Virus record (IMG/VR): IMGVR_UViG_3300046508_000002
Coordinates: 1-50,953 of that record
DNA: 50,953 nucleotides
Direction: 5' to 3' (one strand)
Source of the DNA: a virus
Lineage: Duplodnaviria; Caudoviricetes
In this document: positions 7,748 to 17,770 of the stretch, in pieces
How the letters are laid out: each line of letters begins with the position of its first letter
Position numbering within the stretch: position 1 is the stretch's first letter
Made by a program: the position numbers and the translations under genes
Notes under the pieces: model-generated
The model's database searches: none
What the model was told of the DNA's origin: nothing
Seen by the model: the letters and a program-made list of their open reading frames with translations, nothing else

Positions 7748-10084
7748 ATGGCTACTGAACCGCTCCGCGTCACTATCGGTGACGATACCGAGACTGTTCG
7801 TGTTGACCCGGTGACTGGCACCGTAGAGGAAGACCAGCCTGACGGCGGCGTTGTCGTTCATCTCGACGCCAAGAAGGCAAAGGATGCTGCTGACGAAGAC
7901 GGCTGGTTTGAAAACCTTGCCGAAGACATGGATCGCGTCAAACTTGGGATTATTGCCAATGATTTAATCAGTGCCATTGAAGCTGATGATCGTTCCAGAC
8001 TGGAATATTTAGAAACCCGAGCTCGTGGCCTAGACATGCTGGGCATTAAACTGGAAAAGCCATCGTCCGGCGTTGGCGATTCAGTTGAGGGCATGAGCAA
8101 GGTTACTAATCCGCTCTTGCTCGAAGCTATCCTGAAGGGTTGGGCCAATGCGCAGGCCGAACTGCTGCCATCCAGCGGGCCGGTAAAAATAAAAGATGAC
8201 GGCACTGAAACCAAGAGCGAGGATGAATTAGCCGAAGCTCTTGAGCGCGGCATGAACCATTATCTGACGGTGACCGCGAAAGAATATTATCCCGACACTT
8301 CGCATATGCTGTTGTGGGGTACTTATTACGGTGGTTCGGGATTCAAGAAGATTTACCGTTGCCCGATGCGGCGCAGGCCAACATCGGAAAGCGTTGATGC
8401 CAAAGACCTAATCGTTAGCGATACCACGAAGGATTTGGCGAGTTGCGCCCGCATCACGCATCAAATACCGATGCGTCCTTCAGTGATGAAGCGCATGAAG
8501 TTGCTGGGTGCTTATCGCGATACTGCATTAACTCAACCGACACCGCAGCCAAATGCGGTTGCTGAAAAGATTGCAGGTATTCAAGGAACTGACGCGGCTC
8601 CTACTAGACCGGAGGATCAGCCCTATACTATTTGGGAAACCCAGTGCGAGTTGGATATTGCTGAATATGCACCCGGTAAGTTCAAAGGTGAAGGAATTCC
8701 GATCCCGTATCTTGTGACTATCGACAAGGACAGCAAGGAAATCCTGTCGATCACTCGTGATTGGGATGAGGACGACGAAGAGTGCGAACGGCAGGAAATG
8801 TACGTTCGCTATCCTTATGTTCCTGGACCTGGATTTTACGGCACGGGGATGCTCAACATTCTCGGCAATGCCAGCGCGGCGATGACTGCGGCATGGCGTG
8901 AATCACTTGATGCCGGGATGTTTGCGAATTTCCCGGCTGGCTTGATGGCTAAGTTGGGCGGTCGCCAGAATTCAGCGACGTTTAGATTAGCTCCTGGAGA
9001 ATTCACTGCCGTTGAAACCAACGGTCTGCCGATCAGCCAAATTATTACCGGGCTGCCTTACAAGGATGTCACGCCTGGGCTGCTTAGCCTGATAGATAAG
9101 ATTACCGAACAAGCCAGAGCATTAGGTGGGGCTGCTGAGTTACCGGCAGGCGAGGGGTTAGCCAACGTTCCTGTAGGAACCATGCTGGCGCAGATCGAGC
9201 AGGCCACTAAGGTTATGGCCGCTGCTCATAAGGGCATGCACCAAGCACAGTCGGAAGAGTTCAGGTTGTTGATCCGATTGTTCCGGCGCAATCCAGAGGA
9301 TTTCTGGCGCAACAATAAGGATTGCCCGCCCGACTATTGGAATGAACAAAAACTTCTTCAGGCGTTCAATACCGTTCAGTTGGTTCCTGTTGCCGATCCG
9401 AATGTCCCTTCCCATATTCATCGCGTGGCCAAAGCACTTGGTCTGGTGCAGTTGAGTGCGATGCCGCAGTTTGCGCAGCTTCTTGATCCTAAAGAGGTGT
9501 TAATGCGCGTGCTGGCGGCGATGCGAGAAGATGCTGTTGGATTGGTGGTTACGCCGCAGCCCGGAGCACAACAGCCTCCGGCAAAAGATCAGGCCGCATT
9601 GATGACGGCCAACGCCAATATGATGAAGGCCAATGCACAGGTTGGTAAGATTCAGGCCGATGCAAACGCGACAGACGCAAAGGGACAATTACAGTCGCAA
9701 GACCTTCAGACACAGAAGGACTTAAAGACAGCCGACATCACGAAGGAACTTATAATCCACGAAGCCGATCAACAAAAGATACAGGCCGATCAGCAAAAAG
9801 ATGCCGTAGCTCAAGAAGCCAATCAACGCGCCATGGATCGTGATGCCGCCATGGATCAACAGAAGCACGGCCTTGAACTGGTCAAAGCTGGATTAGGCGC
9901 TCATCAAGATGCTGTCGAGCATTCAGCCAATGTGGGCCAGCAGAATAGGGAACATGGTTTGGGAATAGCCCAACACGCGGTTGAGGCCCAAAGTGCTGCA
10001 GTTGATGATGCTGTAAAAGTGCATCAAGCTTTAAATCCGCCTGTGCCGGCCGCACCTGCGGCTAAGCCGAAGGGAAAGAAATAA
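7748..10084 (+). CDS. Portal protein (podovirus-type) with Gln/Ala-rich C-terminal extension
   Basis: 778 aa, follows TerL. Motifs AELLPSSGPVK, GSGFKKIY, PGPGFYGTG, PVGTMLAQIEQ and PVADPN. Confidence 0.9.
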   Translation: MATEPLRVTIGDDTETVRVDPVTGTVEEDQPDGGVVVHLDAKKAKDAADEDGWFENLAEDMDRVKLGIIANDLISAIEADDRSRLEYLETRARGLDMLGIKLEKPSSGVGDSVEGMSKVTNPLLLEAILKGWANAQAELLPSSGPVKIKDDGTETKSEDELAEALERGMNHYLTVTAKEYYPDTSHMLLWGTYYGGSGFKKIYRCPMRRRPTSESVDAKDLIVSDTTKDLASCARITHQIPMRPSVMKRMKLLGAYRDTALTQPTPQPNAVAEKIAGIQGTDAAPTRPEDQPYTIWETQCELDIAEYAPGKFKGEGIPIPYLVTIDKDSKEILSITRDWDEDDEECERQEMYVRYPYVPGPGFYGTGMLNILGNASAAMTAAWRESLDAGMFANFPAGLMAKLGGRQNSATFRLAPGEFTAVETNGLPISQIITGLPYKDVTPGLLSLIDKITEQARALGGAAELPAGEGLANVPVGTMLAQIEQATKVMAAAHKGMHQAQSEEFRLLIRLFRRNPEDFWRNNKDCPPDYWNEQKLLQAFNTVQLVPVADPNVPSHIHRVAKALGLVQLSAMPQFAQLLDPKEVLMRVLAAMREDAVGLVVTPQPGAQQPPAKDQAALMTANANMMKANAQVGKIQADANATDAKGQLQSQDLQTQKDLKTADITKELIIHEADQQKIQADQQKDAVAQEANQRAMDRDAAMDQQKHGLELVKAGLGAHQDAVEHSANVGQQNREHGLGIAQHAVEAQSAAVDDAVKVHQALNPPVPAAPAAKPKGKK

Positions 10085-10284
10085 TGGCAAATCCGTACAA
10101 AATTTATGACCGCAATCAGGGGCCGGGATGGCTTAAGGGTCTCGCCAAATACGTTGGGCTGAACACCTCAAATCTTGAGGCGCGGGCTAAAGATACCGCA
10201 GCCACAATACGCAACCAAGGCGGGGATGCCCAAGCGATCAATGAAGCGTCTTATGTGCCGAAAGGCAAGAAAAAGGGAAAATAA
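10084..10284 (+). CDS. Small hypothetical protein
   Basis: TAATG coupling to the portal gene. Confidence 0.6.
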   Translation: MANPYKIYDRNQGPGWLKGLAKYVGLNTSNLEARAKDTAATIRNQGGDAQAINEASYVPKGKKKGK

Positions 10285-10285
10285 T

Positions 10286-11110
10286 ATGGCTCATCCAGCA
10301 GGCAATCATCTACGAAACGATAAAGTCCAACATGCTCGCGTGGCCGATATTACTGCGGCTTGCGGTGGTGGCATGGCCAAAGGCGGTGCGGCACATGCCG
10401 ATGAAGCCGAAGATAAGGCCATGATCCATAAGATGGTGAAGAAAACCGCACTGCGTGCCACTGGTGGTGCCGTCAAGGCCCGTAGTGATCGTCCTTCACG
10501 CGCTCGTGGTGGCAGGCTTGGTAAGAAGAAATCAGGCCATACCGTCAATGTGATTGTTGGTGCTCATCCTCCGACCCCGCCAATGCCCCCGATGATTCCA
10601 GGCGTTGCGGCTGGCCCGCCTCCGGGCGCACCAATGCCTCCGAAACCTCCAATGATGCCTCCTTCTCCCGCTAGTCCGGGTCTAGGCGGACCACCTCCCG
10701 GATTAGGTGTCCCCCCTGGTGGTCCGCCGCTTCCTCAAGGCATGCCGCCGGGTATGCATTACGCTGGCGGGCGAACTCGGGCTAAGGGCGGCAAGGTTGA
10801 GGCCGGCAAGACGCCGAGCAAGAGTGCCTTCACGACGAAGGGCAAAGCTTTTGACGGATCGAAAGAAACTCTTGAAGATGCCGATACTGCCGGCATTGGC
10901 AAAGGCAGAACGCCTGTCCAGCATGCACGCGGCAAGCAGGACGGACAGAACATCGGTCGCGGCCCAGTAATTACTAAGGCGACTGGTGGGCCGATTACTT
11001 CAAACTACAAATTCAAATCCGGCATGGCCCCGCACGCGAAGGGCGGTTCTGGTGGTGGTTTGGCCAGGTTGGCCGAAGCTAATCATCCAGAGAAGTATCG
11101 GGTTAAATAA
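10286..11110 (+). CDS. Basic, Pro/Gly-rich protein with repeated (R/K)AxGG motifs; possible internal head protein
   Basis: Start ATG 10286 (MAHPAG). Motifs RATGGAV, RARGGRL, RAKGGKV and KATGGPI. Confidence 0.7.
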   Translation: MAHPAGNHLRNDKVQHARVADITAACGGGMAKGGAAHADEAEDKAMIHKMVKKTALRATGGAVKARSDRPSRARGGRLGKKKSGHTVNVIVGAHPPTPPMPPMIPGVAAGPPPGAPMPPKPPMMPPSPASPGLGGPPPGLGVPPGGPPLPQGMPPGMHYAGGRTRAKGGKVEAGKTPSKSAFTTKGKAFDGSKETLEDADTAGIGKGRTPVQHARGKQDGQNIGRGPVITKATGGPITSNYKFKSGMAPHAKGGSGGGLARLAEANHPEKYRVK

Positions 11111-11325
11111 TGGCTGAAACGGCCTTCCGCACATTCGCGGTTGATCCTCCCTATGCGGTACGCACGCTGCGCCAGTTACTTGCTGATAGGCGAACCGCGT
11201 TAATCGCACAAATGGGCGAAGGCTATTGCCGAGACTGGGCAGACTATCAACGCCGTGTTGGCGTGATTGAAGGGTTAGCTGCCGCGATTGAGTTTTGCAT
11301 TGAGATGGAAAAACAGGAGAAATGA
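11110..11325 (+). CDS. Conserved small phage protein
   Basis: DWADYQRRVGVIEGL motif, typical of the small gene between portal and GroES-like genes in this phage type. Confidence 0.7.
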   Translation: MAETAFRTFAVDPPYAVRTLRQLLADRRTALIAQMGEGYCRDWADYQRRVGVIEGLAAAIEFCIEMEKQEK

Positions 11326-11326
11326 T

Positions 11327-11839
11327 TTGGCAATAAAACATAATACGGATTTACGAATTGAAGAAGTTCGTTCTTTTTTAGATTACGATCTGATTACTGG
11401 GTTATTTCGCTGGAAAGAACAAATGGGTGGGTATGCACAAAAAGGAACTATTGCAGGAAGTGTTGATAAGTCTAGGTATCGAAGAATAAGAATAAACAAA
11501 ACGGTTTACGCAGCCCATCGGTTGGCTTGGTTATATGTTACTGGCAAATGGCCAAAGAACGATATTGACCATAAAAATCTAATTCGAGACGATAATCGAT
11601 TCTATAACCTGAGAGAAGCTACGAGAGCGCAAAATATTGCGAATACCAAAGTTCGTTCTGATAATAAAACAAGGTTGCGAGGTGTTACTCAGTGCCGCTA
11701 TCCTGATCCAGGATTTATTTCCCGACTGACTATTAATGGGGAAAGAATTTATCTTGGATATTTTAAGAGCGCGGCTGAAGCCCACGCTGCTTATTTAATC
11801 GCCGCACAAAAATTTTATGGCGAATACCACAGAGTTTGA
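11327..11839 (+). CDS. HNH homing endonuclease with AP2-like domain
   Basis: YDLITGLFRW, AHRLAWLYVTGKWP...IDHKN...DNRFYNLREAT, YLGYFKSAAEAHAAY. TTG start after AGGAG. Confidence 0.9.
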   Translation: MAIKHNTDLRIEEVRSFLDYDLITGLFRWKEQMGGYAQKGTIAGSVDKSRYRRIRINKTVYAAHRLAWLYVTGKWPKNDIDHKNLIRDDNRFYNLREATRAQNIANTKVRSDNKTRLRGVTQCRYPDPGFISRLTINGERIYLGYFKSAAEAHAAYLIAAQKFYGEYHRV

Positions 11840-11866
11840 TTTTTCTAACAACAATGAGAACAATAT

Positions 11867-12316
11867 ATGAGAGCGAATCTTCGGGCGATAGCAGAAGTAG
11901 CAAATCGTAATCCTAAAAAGGCTCTTTTAGATAGTGCTGGAGCCCTCACCGATTACGAAGTTTTTCACAATCTTGTTTTGGTGGCTACTTACATTGAACC
12001 TCCTAGAATGATGAAGGGGCCTAATGGAGAAAATATACCTTTTCATATGACCGATAAAAGTCTTCTTGAATTGAGATTTCAAGGCAAAATGGGCCTAGTG
12101 CTGAAGTGCGGACCTTTAGCGTTCAAAGATGACAGCATTGCCAAGTTTGGCGGTATTACAATCGAGCCTGGTGATTGGGTACTCTACCGCCCAAGCGACG
12201 GTATTGAACTATTTATAAAAGATCACATGGGTTTGGCTAATGACGGTCTGGCGTGCCGCCTGATCGAAGATTCACTCATCAAGGGTCGGGTAACCGATCC
12301 TTCGTTGATTTATTAG
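11867..12316 (+). CDS. GroES-like co-chaperonin
   Basis: LVLVA...GLVLKCGPLAFKD...GDWVLY...RLIED pattern, in the head-assembly block. Confidence 0.75.
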   Translation: MRANLRAIAEVANRNPKKALLDSAGALTDYEVFHNLVLVATYIEPPRMMKGPNGENIPFHMTDKSLLELRFQGKMGLVLKCGPLAFKDDSIAKFGGITIEPGDWVLYRPSDGIELFIKDHMGLANDGLACRLIEDSLIKGRVTDPSLIY

Positions 12317-12325
12317 GAGGCCACG

Positions 12326-13315
12326 ATGGCCGGTGAAGCAGAACAGTTGGAATTGCCCGAAGTTGTTGTGAAGGTAGAGCCTGATGCACAGGCCGCACCT
12401 GAAGTCATCGTTAAGACAGAAATCAAAGACCCGGCCGTTAAGGATTTAGTCGATCAATATAAAGAACTTGAGGCCAAATCTGAAGAACAGCGCATTGCGA
12501 AAGAGGCAGCGCAAACACGCGCCTCGGCAGCGCAGCGAGATGCTGAACAGGCTCGCCATGAGGCCGATATCGCCCGCGCGGCTGTTGCCAGTTCAAATCT
12601 CGATACCATTACCACTGCGCTAAGTTCGGCACAGGCCGAAGCTGAAGCCGCCAAACGCGATATCAAGGGCGCTATTGCAAGCGGCGATTCTGACGCACAG
12701 ACGGATGCTTATGAACGCCTAGCTAAAGCCACTACATTGGCCGCGCGTTATGACGAGGCCAAGGCTGATCTGGAAGCGCGGAAGGCAGCACCAATCAAGC
12801 GGGCTGTTCCTGATGATCCGGTAGAGGCTTACATCCAAGGCCGTACTGAGCCGACTGCTAATTGGTTGCGCGATCATTCTGATTTTGTCACCGATAAACG
12901 CAAGAACGCCAAACTGACTTCAGCGCATTGGGATGCGGTTGGCGAAGGCATCGCGCCGGATACCAAGGAATATTTTGAGCATGTTGAGAAGTTCATCGGC
13001 TTGCGTAAGGCAGATGCTGTGGTGACGGATGGCGACAATGTGCAGCGCCCTGGTGCTAAGAAACCCGCACAGCGCGCGGTTGCTCCGGTCAATGGGTCAG
13101 CTGGTAGCGGCGGCGCAGTTGAAAGAAATGAAGTGCGATTGAGCGCGCGTGAAGCCGAGGCCGCTACGGACGGCACCCACCAGTGGAATTATGATGACCC
13201 GAGTGGCCAAAAGAAATTCAAAAAAGGCGACCCCATTGGCGTGCAGGAATTTGCCCGTCGCAAGCAGAAAATGACACAACAGGGGCAATATGATCGCTCC
13301 TATGAAACGCAGTGA
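12326..13315 (+). CDS. Putative capsid scaffolding protein
   Basis: Ala/Glu-rich coiled coil, WLRDHSDF...EYFEHVEK, C-terminal VRLS...E. Start context TAGGAGG-N5-ATG. Confidence 0.7.
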   Translation: MAGEAEQLELPEVVVKVEPDAQAAPEVIVKTEIKDPAVKDLVDQYKELEAKSEEQRIAKEAAQTRASAAQRDAEQARHEADIARAAVASSNLDTITTALSSAQAEAEAAKRDIKGAIASGDSDAQTDAYERLAKATTLAARYDEAKADLEARKAAPIKRAVPDDPVEAYIQGRTEPTANWLRDHSDFVTDKRKNAKLTSAHWDAVGEGIAPDTKEYFEHVEKFIGLRKADAVVTDGDNVQRPGAKKPAQRAVAPVNGSAGSGGAVERNEVRLSAREAEAATDGTHQWNYDDPSGQKKFKKGDPIGVQEFARRKQKMTQQGQYDRSYETQ

Positions 13316-13326
13316 GGATAACAATC

Positions 13327-14034
13327 ATGACACCGGAACATAAAGAAGCGCTTCGCCAAGGTCGCATTGCCTCGGCTACTAGACGCGCCGCTGCAAAGGT
13401 TGCCGCCATTACCCCGCCGATTGATGATCCTATTCATATTGATGAGGAATTGGAAGAAATTCAAGCGCAAGATAGTGTGCCACCAACCCGTTCGCCTATT
13501 CGCGAACAGGCCAGAACGCCCACCCGCGCGCTTGGGCAGAGCGAAGTTATTGGCCGCAACGGTGAAGTGCTGTCTCGTAAACGCACACAGGCCGGCGATA
13601 TCTTCGATGTGCCGAAAGAACTAATACCGGCTGGGTGGACCTATCAGTGGTGCGGAATTTCCGTAACAGGAAATACTGAAATTCTTCTCGATCAAAATCT
13701 TATGTTTGCAGAGAACGGCTGGCGACCTGTCCCAGCAGACAGATATCCAGGACGGTACATGCCTGTCGGTCACAAGGGCAGTATCATTCGCGGTGGTCAG
13801 ATGCTCATGGAGCGTCCGAAGTCCCTGTCTGACGAAGCCCGCGCCGAAGACGTTCGTTTGGCTAAGCAGTTGATTTCAGACCGCAACGAATCGTTGAAGC
13901 TGTCAGGCATGAAGAAGAGCATGGCCGATGGTTTTGAGATGAGCGGAAAATATCGTGGCACAGGTGGTGATGTAAGAATGTCGATTGATCCTGCGTTGGA
14001 TATAAAAAAACCAACTTATCAATTGGACGAATAG
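13327..14034 (+). CDS. Conserved head-region hypothetical protein
   Basis: PAGWTYQW...NGWRPVP...GGQMLMERP; usual post-scaffold gene in this phage type. Confidence 0.7.
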   Translation: MTPEHKEALRQGRIASATRRAAAKVAAITPPIDDPIHIDEELEEIQAQDSVPPTRSPIREQARTPTRALGQSEVIGRNGEVLSRKRTQAGDIFDVPKELIPAGWTYQWCGISVTGNTEILLDQNLMFAENGWRPVPADRYPGRYMPVGHKGSIIRGGQMLMERPKSLSDEARAEDVRLAKQLISDRNESLKLSGMKKSMADGFEMSGKYRGTGGDVRMSIDPALDIKKPTYQLDE

Positions 14035-14234
14035 TGCTGTCATGGGAAGGAAAAGACCACGGGGAAGAAAGCATCGTCGTGTCTGGGAAGAAACTTTTGG
14101 GCCAATTCCAAAAGACGCAGACGGCATATCATTTGATGTTCATCACAAGGATGGAAATCCATCAAACAATGTAATAGAAAATCTTGAAGCTTAAATCCAG
14201 GTGGCCAAATGGTAGGAGTTTGTCTGATATAGAA

Positions 14235-14677
14235 CATGCTTATCCGGTTAGCACACACAGGAGCTAGATGTTGATGGCACAGTACCGCAAGAAGCCAGTT
14301 GTAATCGAGGCCGTCCGCTGGCGCGGCTACAACTCCAATCTCGGTGTCACAGCCGAAGCGCCAGATCAGCCGGTAGAGATTACCGCCGAGAACATGCACG
14401 GCATCAAGTGGGAGCCGTTGCCGGGATGGCTGCCAAAGCCTCTTTTAGAGTGCAAATGGGGGCAAAACAGTCGTTGCCCGGCACAACCCGGCGAAATTCT
14501 CCGCGACGGCGACCTTATCTACATCGGAACGCTTGAGGGCGAAATGTGTGCGGGGCCGGGCGACTGGATCATTCGCGGCGTGAAGGGTGAAATTTATCCC
14601 TGCAAGCCCGACATTTTCGCCGCGACATACGAACAAGCCTAGGGGCGGTGTCTGTGTGTCTTAACCGGATAAGCATG
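14235..14677. mobile_element. Non-autonomous mobile insertion cassette, probably IS1595-family-derived, 443 bp
   Basis: Left IR CATGCTTATCCGGTTAGCACACACAG (14235-14260) matches the right IR (14652-14677) at 24/26. 8-bp direct repeat ATATAGAA at 14227-14234 and 14678-14685. No transposase inside. Confidence 0.85.
14268..14642 (+). CDS. Passenger gene: widespread small phage protein of unknown function
   Basis: YRKKPVVIEA...TLEGEM...GDWIIRGVKGEIYPCKPDIFAATYE motif. The SD (CAGGAG) overlaps the end of the left IR. Higher GC than its flanks. Confidence 0.85.
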   Translation: MLMAQYRKKPVVIEAVRWRGYNSNLGVTAEAPDQPVEITAENMHGIKWEPLPGWLPKPLLECKWGQNSRCPAQPGEILRDGDLIYIGTLEGEMCAGPGDWIIRGVKGEIYPCKPDIFAATYEQA

Positions 14678-14774
14678 ATATAGAAAAGATTAAATCTGGT
14701 AAAGCTAAGGCTAAAGAGCGTCGCCAAATAGCAATTTCTGTTATGGAAAATTCAAGATACCAATTGGTGGTTGA

Positions 14775-15695
14775 ATGAACTTGGTCATTTCTCTGGCTAC
14801 ACGCAGTAGGCCAGAATTGGTTGTCGATACGATCCAAAAATCTATCGGCAACTGGACTAACAAAGACACCGTTATGCAGGTGCAGTTGGATCATGACGAT
14901 CCGTCTTCATTCGATGCTCTCACCAAAGCCAGTCTTGGCGACCGCGTACTGCTTAATGTGCAGCAACGCGAGGACACAATCGCCGCAAAATGGAACCGGG
15001 CATTAGCTATCCCCGCTGATGTCTATTCCGTTGCGGCGGATGACGATCCGTATGTAACGCCAGGATATGATGACAGGATACTAGAGGCGGCCAAGCGTTT
15101 CCCCGATGGGATAGGCATGGTCTATGGGCATCTGGCTAACCTGAGCTTCACCGGCTCATTGTCGATGACTTCTAAAATGACCAAGATGCTTGGTTATTTG
15201 CAACCGGAATATTTTCCATATTGGTTTTGTGATCACTGGACCGATGATATTGTGAAGATCATTGGCAGAACAACATTTGCAAACTTTCGTACCGATCAAA
15301 GTAACGCAGGCCATACGCAGGAAATGCGGGAAACAGGATGGTGGGCGACATTTTTCGATGCCTGCTATCTAAAACGGCGGCGTGAGGCGCGGTCCATAAT
15401 AGACAACCCGGATTTTGCCGGTGAACAATGGCAGAAGGAATTGGTATATTCTAACCATCCGCTCATCGAGCAACGATCACGCACACTAAATCTATTTGTA
15501 AAGCAGCAGGAAAAGAAATTGGGCCTAGGTGCGCCTAAGCCGGACGAACGATATCAGCGCATTAAAAAGAAGGCGATTGATATGCTTCCTGAATTGCTGG
15601 CTGATCCTGAAATGTCTCGTGGCGAAATTGTAGCATTCACTCACATCCTTACGCCACCAACAATTATTACGGCATTGAAGCAGGCATTTGCGTGA
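14775..15695 (+). CDS. GT-A (family 2-like) glycosyltransferase
   Basis: ISLATRSRP N-terminus, AADDD (DxD-type) motif, YWFCDHW. Confidence 0.7.
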   Translation: MNLVISLATRSRPELVVDTIQKSIGNWTNKDTVMQVQLDHDDPSSFDALTKASLGDRVLLNVQQREDTIAAKWNRALAIPADVYSVAADDDPYVTPGYDDRILEAAKRFPDGIGMVYGHLANLSFTGSLSMTSKMTKMLGYLQPEYFPYWFCDHWTDDIVKIIGRTTFANFRTDQSNAGHTQEMRETGWWATFFDACYLKRRREARSIIDNPDFAGEQWQKELVYSNHPLIEQRSRTLNLFVKQQEKKLGLGAPKPDERYQRIKKKAIDMLPELLADPEMSRGEIVAFTHILTPPTIITALKQAFA

Positions 15696-17035
15696 ATATC
15701 GTGCTGGCGCACGGGTGCTTCGATCTCTTGCACCTGGGTCATATCCAGCATCTTCAGGAAGCGCGCAAACTTGGTGATCGTTTAATCGTCAGTGTAACGG
15801 ATGATAAATATGTCTCAAAAGGTATTGGCAGACCACACTTCAACGCCAAACAGCGCGCCGACGCGCTCCGCGCTTTGGCATGCGTTGATGAGGTCATCAT
15901 CAATGAAGGCGCTGATGCGACCCCAATTATTTCCGAGATCAGGCCCAACATATACGTCAAGGGAATCGACTACAAAGAGGATGTCGGGTCGGACTTAGCC
16001 CGCGAGAAAGCCGCGATTGAGGCCGTAGGTGGCAAACTTGTCTTTACCGATAGTGAGAAGTTTTCTTCGAGCCGCCTGATTAATTCTGAACGCTTCTCGC
16101 CGGATGTCGTGCGGTATCTTGAAGTTGCTAAGGCCGCAGAATTCAAGGACAAAATTCTCGCAGCGTTTGATAAGGCAGACCAACTCAAGATATCATTCGT
16201 CGGTGAGGTCATCATCGATGAATACCGATATGTGCAAGGTATTGGTCGCGCCTCCAAAGAGATGATGCTTGCCAGCGTTGAAGTCGGTTCTGAGAGATTC
16301 GAGGGGGGATCAATCGCAGCCAGCAAGCATGCAGAATGGGCCAAGGCTGAGTGGATGGCTACCGGAGAGAATATCAAGAAAACCAGATACGTCGATAAGG
16401 ACTTCAATCGTAAACTGTTCGATGTCTATTCTGCGAAGAAGGTTGTTCTTTCGGAACTGCGGCGCAAACAGTTCCGTAAGCACCTAGCCGATGTGGCCAA
16501 GTTTTCCGATGTTGTTGTGGTCATGGATTTCGGTCATGGATTGATAGGCAAAGCTGAGCGCAATATCCTAACCGATGCCGAGTTTCTAGCGGTTAATGCG
16601 CAAAGCAACGCCGGGAATTATGGCTTCAACCTAATAACCAAATACGATGTTGCGGATTACATATGTGTTGACGATCCAGAGGCCCGCTTAGCCACTGGAA
16701 TGCAGGATGAGGAAATCAGGCATGTCATCGAGGGCATGGAAAGCAGGATCAGTTGCAGGCGATTTCTTGTCACGCATGGAAAATTCGGTTCTGCTTATAG
16801 TGATTATCGTTGTTTTGGTACTGCACCGGCCTTTGTCTCGGGTGGGATCGATACTATGGGGGCTGGTGACGCCGTAATGGCGGTGACGGCTCCGTTGGTC
16901 GCAACCGGACTGCCGCTTGAGATTGCGTCTTTCGTCGGGAATATAACCGGGGCGATCAAGACATCTATTATTGGTCATCGCCGGCATGTTGGGCGGCAGG
17001 AAATCATTAAAACAGTTGAGGCGCTTTTGGCATGA
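15692..17035 (+). CDS. hldE: HldE/RfaE-like bifunctional sugar-phosphate nucleotidyltransferase plus PfkB kinase
   Basis: N-terminal HGCFDLLHLGH (HxGH) and KGIDY; C-terminal DFGHG and DTMGAGD (PfkB). The domain order is reversed relative to E. coli HldE. Confidence 0.85.
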   Translation: MNIVLAHGCFDLLHLGHIQHLQEARKLGDRLIVSVTDDKYVSKGIGRPHFNAKQRADALRALACVDEVIINEGADATPIISEIRPNIYVKGIDYKEDVGSDLAREKAAIEAVGGKLVFTDSEKFSSSRLINSERFSPDVVRYLEVAKAAEFKDKILAAFDKADQLKISFVGEVIIDEYRYVQGIGRASKEMMLASVEVGSERFEGGSIAASKHAEWAKAEWMATGENIKKTRYVDKDFNRKLFDVYSAKKVVLSELRRKQFRKHLADVAKFSDVVVVMDFGHGLIGKAERNILTDAEFLAVNAQSNAGNYGFNLITKYDVADYICVDDPEARLATGMQDEEIRHVIEGMESRISCRRFLVTHGKFGSAYSDYRCFGTAPAFVSGGIDTMGAGDAVMAVTAPLVATGLPLEIASFVGNITGAIKTSIIGHRRHVGRQEIIKTVEALLA

Positions 17036-17577
17036 AAGAATTCTACAGCGACATTAGCTCCGCGCTGGAGCATGTCGAGGTTGAAGAACACGGCTACGAT
17101 TCAGTTCTTGGTTATCTCAAAATGGCGCGCGACACGGCTGGTTCAAACGGCGCACGTCTTATCTTCATTGGTAATGGTGGATCAGCGGCTATCGCGAGTC
17201 ACATGGCGGCGGATTACCAAAAGAATGGTGGGGTTCCAACACTCTGCTTTAACGATTCCGCTTCATTAACGTGCATCGGTAATGATTTGGGTTACGAGAG
17301 CGTATTTAGGCATCAATTAAAGCAGCATGGGCGACTTGGCGACGTGCTTTTTGCTATTTCAAGTTCCGGCAATAGCATGAGTATTGTTCATGCAGTAAAT
17401 TTGGCGAAAGACTTGCGTCTAAATGTTGTCACGCTGAGTGGGTTTCAGCCAGACAACAGGATACGCGATAAGGGTGGAGTAAATTTCTACGTTCCATCAC
17501 GAAATTATGGGGTTGTTGAGATATCGCACCTCGCCATATTGCACGGACTTCTCAATAAGATGATGAAAAATGATTGA
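17032..17577 (+). CDS. gmhA: SIS-domain phosphoheptose isomerase (GmhA-like)
   Basis: FIGNGGSAAIASH, LTCIGNDLGYESVF, AISSSGNS, VEISHL. Confidence 0.85.
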   Translation: MKEFYSDISSALEHVEVEEHGYDSVLGYLKMARDTAGSNGARLIFIGNGGSAAIASHMAADYQKNGGVPTLCFNDSASLTCIGNDLGYESVFRHQLKQHGRLGDVLFAISSSGNSMSIVHAVNLAKDLRLNVVTLSGFQPDNRIRDKGGVNFYVPSRNYGVVEISHLAILHGLLNKMMKND

Positions 17578-17770
17578 TCACCCATTGCACGTCATTGTTA
17601 AGTTTGGTTCTGACGTTCCGAGTGATGTCCAAGGTTCTGCCATGCTGCAATTCGAGCGTGATCTACGCCAGCGCATGCCGGGAAAGTGGATCGAGGTTTT
17701 TAAAGACAATAAGGGCGACGATTCCAAGCTGCGCATGGCAATGACAAAAGAACAACGGGATAAATTATGA
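17570..17770 (+). CDS. Small hypothetical protein in the sugar cluster
   Basis: Overlap-coupled on both sides. Confidence 0.65.
   Translation: MIDHPLHVIVKFGSDVPSDVQGSAMLQFERDLRQRMPGKWIEVFKDNKGDDSKLRMAMTKEQRDKL

Larger units (their letters stand above)
14042..14778 (+). pseudogene. HNH endonuclease pseudogene (frameshifted and interrupted by an insertion cassette)
   Basis: 14042-14194 encodes MGRKRPRGRKHRRVWEETFGPIPKD...DVHHKDGNPSNNVIENLEA*. The +1 frame continues KSRWPNGRSLSDIE. After removing the cassette and one TSD copy it reads KIKSGKAK...LVVE* and ends in an ATGA overlap with the gene at 14775. Confidence 0.75.

Noticed and set aside
14040-14399. 119-aa minus-strand ORF
   Set aside because: It is a shadow frame crossing the cassette boundary; the plus strand has clear HNH and passenger-gene motifs.
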